Assembly (NCBI GenBank): GCA_002269645.1
Contig: NIVC01000481.1
Location: 372,001 to 436,000, forward strand
Reading direction: 5' to 3'
Length of the DNA stretch: 64,000 nucleotides
DNA from: Macrostomum lignano
Taxonomy: Eukaryota
Part shown: positions 23,450 to 37,400 of the stretch, one piece after another
Layout: every line of letters begins with the position of its first letter
Numbering within the stretch: position 1 is the stretch's first letter
The notes under the pieces: generated by a model
What the model was told of the DNA's origin: nothing
Seen by the model: the letters and a program-made list of their open reading frames with translations, nothing else
The model's database searches: none
Translations under genes and position numbers: made by a program

Positions 23450-26400
23450 CTCTGTCTTTCTCTCTTATCTCTCCCCTCTCCATTCTCCTCTTTCCTCTCC
23501 TCTCTCCTCACTCACTTCTCTACCTTTGTCTCTCCTCTCTCCTCTCTTCTCTGTAACCTCTCCTCTGTTCTCTCTACTCTCCCAACTTTTATCTGTTCAC
23601 TCTCGACTCTGCTCTCTCATCCCCATCTTTAATCTGGCATCTCTGTCTTATATGTTCTCTCACCTCTCTCCTCTGTACTCTTTTCTTTCTCCTCTTTTGA
23701 CTCCTCACTTTCCTTTCTCCTTTCTTCTTTTCTCTTCTCTTCCCTTTTCTATACTCTGTCTCCCTCTCTTCTCTCACTCCACTCTCCTCTCTCCGTTATC
23801 TCTCATCTCTCCTTCCACCTCTCTCATCTCTACAACCTTAGAGATGTAGAGATGTATCTTATATCTTCTCTCTTTCCTTTACTCTCTCATCTCTTCTTTC
23901 ACCTGTCTCCTCTCTGCTCTTCTCTCTGCTGTCTCCTCTCTCCTCTCATCTGCAGCTCTCTGCTCTCTCATCTCTCATCTCTCCTCTCGCTTTTCCTCTC
24001 TCCCCTCTTCTCCCCCTCTCTCTCATCGTCCTCATCCCCTCATCTCTCCTATTATCTTTTATCTTTTCTTTTATCCCCTCTGTCGCCTCTCCTCTCTTCG
24101 AATCGTCTATTCCTTCTTCTTTCCACTTTCATCTGCCCCTCAGCTATGAGCTGGATTCTTTATCTGGCCTTTGAGGTAAAAGTCTGCCCATCCCTGCTTG
24201 AAAAGCCAGTTTGTGGGACGTAGTACTCTCATGGTTGTTCTCATGCTTTGATCACGTCATCTTTCTTGCCAATTTGCAGCCCTGAAAGGAATTTGTGTAT
24301 CTTCAGCTCCACTGCAGTCTGCATCAGTCTAACAACCAAGGAAATACGCATTTCTTAGAAGGCCATTTAATATTTACACAGTACCTTTAAAAGAAACCTA
24401 AAATTTCCATGGTGTGCCTAATTTAGTAGGGTTGTATTGCATTGCATGGCATCGCCTTTTCATAAATCTTTCGCTTTTACAAACCATGCTGGATAGTGGA
24501 TTGACTGGATTCCCTCGATTTGCCAATTGCCATCCAGTGTTAAACTGCTGCAGAGTTTGCCAATACAGAGGGGAGGGCAGTGGTTAGAATTTCTCACTAA
24601 ACTGTTATGGCTAAACGTAGCCTCTCCACTCTCGGGGTGGAATTCCAAAACACTGTACATTTGCTATGTACATTGAGCCCTATCGCCTGACCCTTCGTCT
24701 GGCTCTGGGGCAATGAGTGAGTGAGTGGCACAAACAACAGAAAAAGCAGACAAACTTCACATGCTTACAGTTTCTTTTTCGATTGAGTTACAGAGTTGAA
24801 ACTTTACATTTAGACAGAGAATGGGTCAATGAAGAATTGTGTCAAGTTTGAAGTCAATCGCTTTACGTGGAGCAAACTTATGGCAGCTGAAAGTTAGTCA
24901 ATTTTGAAACCCTTTTACACATCTGGGCCCCGATCGGGATCGGGAAAGAGAGGCAGGCGGGCGGAGGTTGGGGTGGCTGCCTCGCTGAAAAAAACAGCCT
25001 AACTTTAAAAGTGCACAGCGGCTTTCAGGATTTACTTTGAAACTTAAAACTTTACACGATTGTGTCAAAATAGTTGAAAATTGATTGTGTCAAATTTGAA
25101 GAGGATCGGTAGAAGTGGAGCGGCGCTATGGAGGATTTAGTGAAAAAATCGCGCATTTTGAGCAGTTTTTTGTACTTTTAGGTAGGAAGACTTGAGTCTA
25201 GGAAATTTAAAGGTAGCCTAAGACATTCTCCGTAGTAAGTTTAGGGTGGGTGTAAAGTTTGGTGTAATTTGGTTGAGCGGTTTGGGAGTCCATAGCGAAG
25301 TAATTTGTCCACAGACAGACAGACAGACAGACAGAGTTTTGATTTTTATATGTAGAGATTTGCGCCAATATGACTAATCTGGCGCCGATATGACTAATCT
25401 GGCGCCCTATAGACTATTTAGGCGCCAAAATGATTATTGACTAATATGGCGCCCTATAGTCTATTATAACGCCAATATGACTAATCTGGCGCCCCTATAG
25501 ACTATCTTGGCGCCAATATGACTAATCTGGCGCCCTATATACTATTTAGGCGCCAATATGATTAGACGAATATGGCCCCAATAGTCTATTATAGCGCCGA
25601 TATGACTAATCTGGAGCCCTGTAGACTGTTTTTGGCGCCAATTCAGACTATTTTAGCGCCACTAAGACATTTTTAACGCTAGTAAATCCATTTCAGTAGT
25701 TTTTTAAAAGAAAACATTTCCTTCTATAGTAGTTAAGGATACTTCATTAGCAGGAAGATATAAAAAGCAGAGAAACCAACAGAACCGATACGATTGCAAG
25801 CATGTAGGCAGTAAAAAGCGACGCGCAGTAGTGGCCCACTTAGCCAAACCCGAACACGCAACAGTTCGAGCTTAGGAACAAATGGACACTAAAAGCTTTG
25901 AAAAACTGATAACTTCACCTCTCGTCAATCCAGAGCCTTTAGCAGTGAATAGCAGCACAGAACGAAGGCTTTTAGACAAGCCGGAATGCCTAGACGAAGC
26001 TACTACTGTTGTCAGTAGTGACGATTGTTGTTTCTGTTGCTGCGTCATAGCCGACAACTGACTGCAGCGAGGCAGGGTACTACTACTACTATTACTAATA
26101 ACAGTACTATAAGTAGTAGTTGTATTGAAGTGAACCGAGGCTCTGGGGCTAGCACTTGCAATAGCAGCATCGCTCGGCGCTAAAAGTACACAATTATGTT
26201 CATATTAGTAGAACGCATGCATATATTAATATAGGTATAGATGCATATTAACCAAATTTTAATGGTTACAACAGCTCTGTCCCGACACCTTTAAGCCCAC
26301 GAAATAATTAAAGTTTGACAACATAAAAAAACAACACAAATAATCAATAGCGAGATGTGTAACAATGCATTTTAGTAGCAAGAAAGGAAATTTACGCAAT

Positions 26401-27745
26401 TAGGCAGTTCAAACAAGTGAAATGGTATAGTTTTTTTACAACAACTAGAGGACCAATTAGAGGATTAATAAAGGACAAATTAGAGGACTAATAAAGGACC
26501 AATTAGAGGACTAATAAAGGACCAATTAGAGGACTAATAAAAGACCAATTAGAGGACTAATAAAGGACCAATTAGAGGACTAATAAAGGACCAATTAGAG
26601 GATTAATAAAGGACCAATTAGAGGACTAATAAAGGACCAATTAGAGGACTAATAAAGGATCAATTAGAGGACTAATAAAGGACCAATTAGAGGACTAATA
26701 AAGGACCAATTAGAGGACTAATAAAGGACCAATTAGAGGACTAATAAAGGACCAATTAGAGGACTAATAAAGGACCAATTAGAGGACTAATAAAAGACCA
26801 ATTAGAGGACTAATGAAGGACCAATTAGAGGACTAATGAAGGACCAATTAGATGACTGATAAAGGATCAATTATGGGACCAATTAGGGACCAGTTAAAGA
26901 ACTAACAGAGGATCAATTATGGGAACAATAAGGGACCAATTAGAGGACTAATAAAAGATCAATTAGAGGACTAAAACTGGACCAATTAGACGACGAATAA
27001 ATGATCAATTATGGGACCAGTTAGGGACCAGTTAAAGAACTAACACAAGACAAATTATGGGACCAATAAGGGACCAATTAGAGAACTAACAAAGGACCAG
27101 TTATGGGACCAATAAAGGAGCGACCAGAAAAACCAAGCTGATAAAACAGCAGTTTTAAATGCAGACAATGAAATTATGACTCACTCTTCAGCTTAGCAGC
27201 CCCACTCCGTACGGAGCTAAACAGTCGATCCAGTTGATTATTGCCTCCGCCTCCGACGCCGACGCCGCGACCTCGACGTCTCGACGAAAAGTCGCTAATC
27301 CCGTCGCCTCTGTCTTGACGACTGTCGACAATATCGGACAGGCCTGAGGAGTCCTCTTCTAGCATCGGCGACAGCGGCTGCTTGTCAACACCAGCAGAGG
27401 ACGGCCCAGCTGCTGCCTCGTCGCCGACTTCAACTCCTGGAGCTTCTTCTACATCGTGATATTCATCGTTCGAGTCCGAGTTCGACATCGGAGGCTCGTC
27501 CGACACGCTGGAGTCACCGTCATCCCCATTGTCGCCGACTGGCGCAACCGCAGCCACCAAGATTTCTTTTGAATCGTCCGCCAATTCGTCGCCTTCGGAC
27601 AGGGCGTCGGCGGAGCTTTGGATGGCGTCATCGGCGGCGGCGTCGTGGTTGGACCCGGTGGCGATGCAGCCGGCTAGGGAGCTGGCGTGGGCGCAGGCTG
27701 ACAGAGCCTGGAATAGGCGCTCCTGCGGCGTTAGGGGCGGTGAGG

Positions 27746-27785
<40 letters not shown>

Positions 27786-27796
27786 TAGTGACTTAG

Positions 27797-27865
<69 letters not shown>

Positions 27866-27888
27866 TAGTGACTTAGTGTCTGTCTGCC

Positions 27889-27925
<37 letters not shown>

Positions 27926-27936
27926 TAGTGACTTAG

Positions 27937-27981
<45 letters not shown>

Positions 27982-28004
27982 TAGTGACTTAGTGTCTGTC
28001 TGCC

Positions 28005-28049
<45 letters not shown>

Positions 28050-28060
28050 TAGTGACTTAG

Positions 28061-28109
<49 letters not shown>

Positions 28110-28120
28110 TAGTGACTTAG

Positions 28121-28169
<49 letters not shown>

Positions 28170-28200
28170 TAGTGATTTAGTGTCTGTCTGTCTGTCTGTA

Positions 28201-28233
<33 letters not shown>

Positions 28234-28272
28234 TAGTGACTTAGTGTCTGTCTGTCTGTCTTAGTGACTTAG

Positions 28273-28325
<53 letters not shown>

Positions 28326-28336
28326 TAGTGACTTAG

Positions 28337-28397
<61 letters not shown>

Positions 28398-28632
28398 TAG
28401 TGACTTAGTGTCTGTCTGTCTGTCCGTCTTAGTGACTTGGTGTGTGTCTGTCTGTCTGTCTGTCTTAGTGATTTAGTGTCTGTCTGTCTGTCTGTATGTC
28501 TGTCTGTCTGTCTGTCCGTCTTAGTGACTTACTGTCTGTCTGTCAGTCTGTCTGTCTGTATGTCTGTCTGTCTGTCTGTCCGTCTTAGTGACTTACTGTC
28601 TGTCTGTCTGTCTGTCCGTCTTAGTGACTTAC

Positions 28633-28669
<37 letters not shown>

Positions 28670-28680
28670 TAGTGACTTAG

Positions 28681-28733
<53 letters not shown>

Positions 28734-28764
28734 TAGTGACTTAGTGTCTGTCTGTCTGCCTTAG

Positions 28765-28801
<37 letters not shown>

Positions 28802-28804
28802 GCC

Positions 28805-28845
<41 letters not shown>

Positions 28846-31800
28846 GCCTGTCTGTCTGTCTGTCTGTCTGTCTGTCTGCCTGTCTGCCTGTCTGTCTGTC
28901 TGTCTGTCTGCCTGTCTGTGTTCGTGTCTGTCTTAATGCCTACCAGTGTCAGTGTCTTCAAACAGCCAACAAGGCCTCACCTGCTCCTCAGAGAATCGAC
29001 CAACTTCAGCTCCATCAGCAGCTGCCGTACTGCCGCCCCCGCCGCTGCCAAGTCCACCAGCCCAGGCCAGACTTTTGCCTTGAAACGAGCCGGATCGGAA
29101 CAGCAGCGCGCCGTTGCTATGGCAACGCCAGACAACAACGGGAAAGCGGCACTGTCTATGAGCTTTAGTTAACCGGCGCAGCGATTCGTCTGTGACAGCC
29201 CTGGGCACAATGAGCACGGCAGGATAGGAGGAGACCAGATCGTGCTCAAAATTGGCGCAACAAATTCTTAGACAGATGGCATCTGTCAGCTGCTTGCCAA
29301 GGAGGCCCAGCCGGTGCAGGTCTTCGTAGCCGGGCGTTTCCAGGGTGTCGCGAAGGAGCTCCGAGGTTGGTCGGGAGGGCTGGTGGTGCCGGCTGGTAGC
29401 GCCGCTGTAGCCGGAGAACCGGGCTGCGATGGCTGCGTTGGGGATGGGAGTTTTCTAAAGATAATTTCGTGGGAATTTCAGAGCGATATTTAAAAGGAAT
29501 TCAGAGCGAAATTTGAGGGGAATTCAGAGCGATATTTAAGAGGAATTCAGGACGATATTTGAGGGGAATTCAAGGCGATATTTAAGGGGAATTCAGAGCG
29601 ATATTTAGGAGGAATTCAGGGCGATATTTGAGGGGAATTCAGGGCGATATTTAGGGGAATTCAGAGCAAGACTTAAGAAACATTCAGATCGATATTTAAG
29701 GGGAAAAAAGGGCGATATTCGAGGGAAATTAAGTGTGAAATTCCGGGAGAATCTAGGTAAATATTATATGGGAACTCAGGCAACTCTTTAAAAAGCTATG
29801 ATTCCTTCTTAATTAAAGAGGGTTAATTACCCTAACCCTCCAATAGTAACTTTTTAAGAATTTTCGAAGCAAATAAAACATTTTTAAAGCGATTCTTAGA
29901 AATCAATTTCAACGTGACTAAAATGGTTTACAACAACTGACTAACCACCCTAACCCTAGATTTAATCGTTGGCAGGTCACTGTGGTGCTCCTAAGCGATT
30001 ACAAAAGATTATAAAGAAGTGCTAAGTGATTACCCTCATCACTATCGTGCATTGAGCTTCTCTCCGACCCGGGAATGGCGGCAGAACCCGGTGCCGCCGG
30101 CGATGGCGGAGGTCGCAGACTGCTTCGCCACTGATGCTCCTGCTGATGCTGCCGGTGCGAGCTGACCCAGCGGCGCCAGGCCGAAGAGTCATCAATTTAT
30201 TAGCGGCAGCGTGTGCCGCACTAGTAGTCTGTTTGGCAAGTCTTCGCCTAAAATTATGTCAGTTTGTTTAACACATTTATTTACACCGGAAGAAAAAACT
30301 CAATTGTTGACCAGAAGTCATAACTTTGGTCTTGAGAGCCGAGATACGCTTGACCGGAAGTAATATTGAATGCTAAAAATGCACATAAGAGCCAAATGAT
30401 GACAACTAATTACCGAAGTGGGAGATTACATGTAGAATCAACCAGCATTAACTAATTACCGGAAGTGAAGGATTACATGTAGAATCAACCAGCATTAACT
30501 AATTACCGGAAGTGAGAGATTACATGTAGAATCAACCAGCATTAACTAATTACCGGATGTGAGGGATTACATGTAGAATCAACCAGCATTAACTAATTAC
30601 CGGAAGTGAGGGATTACATGTAGAATCAACCAGCATTAACTAATTACCGGATGTGAGGGATTACATGTAGAATCAGTCAGCATTAACTAATTACCGGAAG
30701 TGGGGGATTACATGTAGAATCAGCATGAACTATGAATAATTACCGGAAGTGAGGGATTAAATGTAGAATCAGCATGAACTATGAATAATTACCGGAAGTG
30801 AGGGATTAAATGTAGAATCAGCATGAACTATGAATAATTACCGGAAGTGAGGGATTAAATGTAGAATCAGCATGAACTATGAATAATTACCGGAAGTGAG
30901 GGATTAAATATAGAGCCAGCAAGCACTAACACACAAAAGGAGACCGGAAACGGATGATTTCATGTAAAACTCACGTGAGAGTATAGGGCTTCGAGTGCAA
31001 CTTTTTAGGTTTCTTGATTTTCACGCCGCCGCTACTTCCGGCTCCAGTTCCGGTGGCCGACGCTTCCATGGCAGTTGTCGGCAAAGCCGCCGCCGCCGCC
31101 GACGCTGTGACCGGCAGCGGAGTGTCGGCAAATTCGTCGTCCAGATCACCGACAAGTCGACCGCCGTCGGCTGACAGAGCGAAGATTTCGCGAACGCTGC
31201 CAGGGTGCCGGGCCGATCGGATTCGTTCCAGCAGCTCCTGGGTTGCGGGATTTCATGGCTTAAGGGTTAATTGTACTGACAGCCGACACTAAACTGACAG
31301 CTGACACTAAAATGACAGCTGACACTAAACTGACAGCTGACACTAAAATGACAGCTGACACTAAAATGACAGCTGACACTAAAATGACAGCTGACACTAT
31401 ACTGACAGCTGACACTATACTGACAGCTGACACTATACTGACAGCTGACACTATACTGACAGCTGACACTAAACTGACAGCTGACACTAAACTGACAGCT
31501 GACACTATACTGACAGCTGACACTATACTGACAGCTGACACTATACTGACAGCTGACACTAAAATGACAGCTGACACTATACTGACAGCTGACACTATAC
31601 TGGTAGTTCTGACACTACTGCCAGTTCTGACACTATACTGACATTTCTGACACCATTGCCAGTTCTGACACTATACTGACAGTTCTGACACCACTGACAG
31701 CTGACACTAAACTGACCGCTGACACTAAACTGACAGCTGACACTAAACTGACAGCTGACACTATACTGGTAGTTCTGACACTACTGCCAGTTCTGACACT

Positions 31801-34188
31801 ATACTGACAGTTCTGACACCACTGCCAGTTCTGACACTATACTGACAGTCGCGAGTCAGTTAAATAACAGTAAGCACGCATCACAAAAGATCATCAGTAG
31901 ACTACTACTCACCGATATCTCATCCTCGCCAGCGTCGAAACCAATTTTCATAGCTTCAAAAGTGCCAGATTTAAACAGCACCTGCTGCCTTACCGAGTGA
32001 CGATTTTGTACGGACGCCAGCAGGGCTGGATCGCGCTCGGATTTGCTCAACTCTTTGGCTTTGTGCAACGCAGCAATAGGGAAACAGCGAACTATTGTCT
32101 TCTCAGACTGGAGCACGTTAGATGGCACGCCTTTGAATATTAGCCTGAAATTGAGAATTTTTAATGTCACACACTTTTCTATATTTCTATTATAGTATAA
32201 TTACTATAAAGGCTTGGGGAGAATTGCTGAGATGTCAACGCTTACGGGGGAATTGCTGAGACGTCAAGGCTTACGGGGGAATTGCTAAGATGTCAATGCA
32301 AATAGGATTCACATCCTATTTGCCTTCACTCGTAAGTTTCGTCCCTTGTTTATTGACCACCCCGAAGGGGGGACTAGATGGCTAGTCCTATATACTAAAA
32401 TTTCTGCTATAAATAGAATAGTTAGAAGAGGTTTATTAGAACTAATTTCTACTATAAGTAGAGCCGTTAGAATAGGTTTATTATAATCAATCTTATGCGC
32501 GAACCGATAATTCGTAGCCAAGAAGAGTCCCTCGGCTGGTAGCCAGCCAATGTCGGGCGTGAATTCCGCGGCCGTTGCCGGTGCACCAGCGACAACCACT
32601 GCGGCGGATACAGCTGTGGCCGCAGTCAGAGTCTGATGGTGAAGGTAATCGGCAGTTTCGCAGGATTCCAATTCAAGTCGGACGGGATCCCGCCTACCAT
32701 CGGGATAGAGATAGGCTCGCAGCTGCGGCATGAGCAGCCGCTCCCCTGGCAGCAGGGCCGGTCGGGTAATCCTGGCCTTCTGCGACTTCGGAATCTTGCA
32801 GTACTCTGCCCAGATGTTATCTAACGATTCCATGTGAACGCTGTGCAGAAACTCGTGCAAGGTTCGCTTGAGACTGTTAATCTGAGATTGGGACAGCCCG
32901 TTCTCTGAGCACACTCGATCTAAGAACCTATCGCGTATCCAAGCCTCCAGTTCGCGAGCAAATTGTTCGCTCAGTTTAGCAGCAGCCGCGTTTGCCTCGC
33001 GTTCTGCCTGAGATTGAGAGGCCTGATGATGCTGCTGGTGCTGGGACTCCTGAGACTCCGTCTGCGACGAACCGCCGCCGGGTCCGCCACCGCTGAAATG
33101 ATAAAAAAGGAAACTATGCACTTTTATAGGGACGCTTGATGGACTTGATACAAGATGTACGCTGAGGTCTGTAAGCTTGGGGGGATAAGGTGTCAAGAGC
33201 GAGAGTGTAACTTGTGGGGCCGAAAGTTGCAAGAGTGTACATTCAGGGAGAGAGGGCTTGGTCTGAAGTGCACATTCAGGGAGAGAGATGCTTGGTCTGA
33301 AGTGCACATTGGGGGAGAGAGATGCTTGGTCTGGAGTGTACACTGAGGGGCAGAGATTCTTGGTCAAAAGTGTACATTGAGGGGCAGAGAAGCTTGGCCT
33401 GGGAGTGTACATTGAAAGATAGAGCAGCTTGGCCTGGAGTGTACATTAAGGAATAAAGCAGCTTGGCCTGGAGTGTACATTGAGGGATAGAAATTATTAG
33501 TCCCTCACCCCTGATTGGTGGAGGACAACTCGCTAACGCCGACATCGCGTCGATTGCCTCCGCCGCCGGCCCATCGCCGTTTAGCCGGCTCAAGCGGCAT
33601 TCGCAAAGCGGCCAGAATAACAATAAAATGCTTGGCCGCACTCTCCACTGTTTCCTCTTCAATTTTTTTCAGTTCTTCTAATTCGGCGGTGGACAGTTGC
33701 TCGCTGTGCTGCATCACTTTGGCTACGATATCGAGAGCCGTAGCGCTTGGATCCACGGGTTCGTCCGGTTTCCATTCGGCCAGCCGGCCAACGTAATAGT
33801 CGCACAGTTGAGTCTGAACAAACCGCGAGAACGCCCAGTGCCAGAAGGCCTCCGATGACCAGGCTGTGCAGGCTTGGACTTCTTCCGTCATTGAGGCCTG
33901 GGTAATTGTAGTGAGTTGAGGTTCATCTAAAATAATTCCACTCGTGGACTGAACTTCCTGTAGCATCTGGATATAGCTAGCATCCTGGATATTGAATTAA
34001 CTCCTCTGATAATCTACAGACCTGTCAGTCATCCGCCTCTTTTTTATAAATTTTCGGAACTGCCAAAAATTTATCTAACTTGTCAGGCATCTTTCGATTA
34101 AAACTAACAGACACACAGATACTCAAATACTAAGATAGACAGACAGACAGACAGACAAAAAGACAGACATACAGACAGACAGACAATA

Positions 34189-34233
<45 letters not shown>

Positions 34234-34268
34234 TACAGACAGACAGACAGACAGACAGACCGACAGGC

Positions 34269-34301
<33 letters not shown>

Positions 34302-34303
34302 GG

Positions 34304-34343
<40 letters not shown>

Positions 34344-34344
34344 A

Positions 34345-34394
<50 letters not shown>

Positions 34395-34406
34395 GGACAG
34401 ACAGAC

Positions 34407-34473
<67 letters not shown>

Positions 34474-37400
34474 CTAAGACAGACAGACAGACAGAAACAG
34501 ACAGACAGACAGACACTAAGACAGACAGACAGACACAGACAGACAGCCCAACAAAGCAGGGCAGTACCTGCAGCTCCAAGGAGGCGGTGCTATTCTGACA
34601 GGGCAGCTGGCAGCGCAGCCGCTCCAGCAGCGGCAGGCACCGCAGGGCGCACAGCCATTCCTCGTGTTGAGCATCAAATCTCAGAGCTTGCACCAACAAT
34701 TCGCAGGCAATCTCAAATTGTTGCTGATCAAGCGTCGACATGCCCCTAGCAACCACCATATCGTTGAGCAGATCGACTAATCTCAATCGGCTAGACCGAT
34801 GAGCCAGATCGCGCTTCACCGCCTTCAGAGATTTTTTAGCGTCAGCAATCCGCCGTTCGAACACGTTTTTAACGCACAGCTCCAGTATCTGCAATTTCTG
34901 ACGATGAATATCGGCGGACGAGGAAAACTGCTGTTGAGTCGGCGGCAGTAGCAGATCTTCAAGCCGTTGTCCTGGCGGCACAGTTTTAAACTCTTGTCGG
35001 CGTCTTTGATGATCTTGTTGCTGGCTCGGCTGTTCGAGTGCTTTTGTGGAGGCTGCGGATGGCTTTGAGGACTTCGCTGGCGAGCTGCGGTAATTTAGTG
35101 GATCGATTGCTTGATTTGCAGTCTGGCAGCGATTTTAATATCCGATCCAACGCCCTAACTTAGTCTAATACATGTCGCTTTTAATCCATCTCGCTATTAA
35201 TAGATCTCGCTGTTAATCTATCTCGCTCTAACCCATTAGACTCTAATCCATCTCGCTCTTAATCCATGTTGCTTTAATCCATGTCGCTATTAATCCATGT
35301 CGCTCTTAATTCATTCCACTCTAATCCATGTCGCTCTTAATCTATGTTGCTCTAATCCATGTCGCTCTTAATCTATGTTGCTCTAATCCATGTCGCTCTT
35401 AATCCATCTTGCTCTTAATCCATGTCGCTCTAATCCATGTCGCTCTTAATCCATCTTGCTCTTAATCCATGTCGCTCTAATCCATGTCGCTCTTAATCCA
35501 TCTTGCTCTTAATCCATGTCGCTCTAATTCATGTCGCTCTAATCCATCTCTTTCTAATCCATGTCGCTCCTAATTCATTCCACTCTAATCCATGTCGCTC
35601 TTAATCTATGTTGCTCTAATCCATGTCGCTCTTAATCCATCTTGCTCTTAATCCATGTCGCTCTAATCCATGTCGCTCTTAATCCATCTTGCTCTTAATC
35701 CATGTCGCTCTAATCCATGTCGCTCTTAATCCATCTTGCTCTTAATCCATGTCGCTCTAATTCATGTCGCTCTTAATCCATCTCTTTCTAATCTATGTCG
35801 CTCTTAATTCATGTCGCTCTTAATCCATTCCACTCTAATCCATCTCGCTCTAATCCATTTCACTCTAATCCATGGTGTTCTAATCCATCGCCCTCCAATC
35901 TTTTCCAATTAGATCCCGAATCTCACTAACATTAAACTGTAACTGAATCAACAGAAAAAAAGCAGAGAAAAAAGCTGTTATATAAGCAACGAACCCTCTT
36001 CTAGCCGCTGGATCAGAGCCAGTTCGACCAGATGCAGCTGCCATCGCGTCGTCAACTTCTCGTTTAGCCTCCTCGGCTTCGATAGCTTCAGCTACTAGAC
36101 GCTCGTTCAACAGAGGAAACGGCTCTGGCGGCCCCGCAGCCGGGTCGTCCGGCGGTTGCGGCACATTTACAGAAACTTTTTCGGCCTCGCTATTATTGTT
36201 GACAGCCGTTGTTATTGAAGTTTCGCATTCGCATAATTGCTTAGCCAATTCGTCCAGATGACGCCGACGTAAGCGACGTCCGATAGCAACAGTTGCGACG
36301 TCAGTGAGGGACACCGATGAATCGGCATTGTTGTCGTTGTCGGCGTCGATGCTGACGCACAGGGCCAGCTGGTGCGGCGGCGGCAGTAGAAGCTCGGCGG
36401 CCTCGGCGGCTTGAAGCTCCGACAGGCGATCGTACAATTCGTCGAATGCGTCGATACGACGATAGGGCGGGCCGCGGGCTTGGCAAAACTGGCAGAACAT
36501 CTCCGACTCGGTGGCCAGGCGTCGCATGAACTTGTCGTCTACTAGGCCGCGACCGCCCAGGAAACTTGCCTGCGTGTAGGGGGCGGATGTCAGCTGATTA
36601 CTAAGGGGCGGATGTCAGCTGATTACTAAGGGGCGGATGTCAGCTGATTACTAGGGGGCGGATGTCAGCTGATTACTCGGGGGCGGATGTCAGCTGATTA
36701 CTAAGGGGCGGATGTCAGCTGATTACTAAGGGGCGGATGTCAGCTGATTACTAGGGGGCGGATGTCAGCTGATTACTCGGGGGCGGATGTCAGCTGATTA
36801 CTAGGGGGGCGGATGTCAGCTGATTACTAGGGGGCGGATGTCAGCTGATTACTAGGGGCCGGATGTCAGCTGATTACTAGGGGGCGGATGTCAGCTGATT
36901 ACTAGGGGGGGCGGATGTCAGCTGATTACTAGGGGGGATGTCAGCTGATTACTAAGGGGCGGATGTCAGCTGATTACTCGGGGGCGGATGTCAGCTGATT
37001 ACTAGGGGGGGCGGATGTCAGCTGATTACTAGGGGGGATGTCAGCTGATTACTAAGGGGCGGATGTCACCTGATTACTCGGGGGCGGATGTCAGCTGATT
37101 ACTAGTGGGCGGATGTCAGCTAGGGGGGGGGCGGATGTCAGCTGATTACTAAGGGGCGGATGTCAGCTGATTACTAGGAGGCGGATGTCAGCTGATTACT
37201 AGGAGGCGGATGTCAGCTAAGGGAGGGGGGCGGTTGTCAGCTGATTACTAGGGGGCGGATGTCAGCTGATTACTAGGGGGGGGATGTCAGCTGATTACTA
37301 GGAGGCGGATGTCAGCTGATTACTAGGAGGCGGATGTCAGCTGATTACTAGGAGGCGGATGTCAGCTGATTACTAGGGGCGGATGTCAGCTGATTACTAG

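Noticed and set aside
22799-24223. Ser/Leu-rich membrane-protein-like and Arg/Glu-rich ORFs
   Set aside because: Artefacts of the CT/GA low-complexity tract.
27529-28961. VCLS and DRQT repeat proteins (also at 34104-34560, 53703-54537, 62121-62869)
   Set aside because: Translations of the ACAG/CTGT microsatellite inside introns or intergenic DNA.
34981-35122. Phase-0 acceptor at 35122 for the Sbf exon
   Set aside because: The upstream donor (35995) is phase 2; the acceptor at 35084 matches that phase and has a branch-point-like CTAAA.
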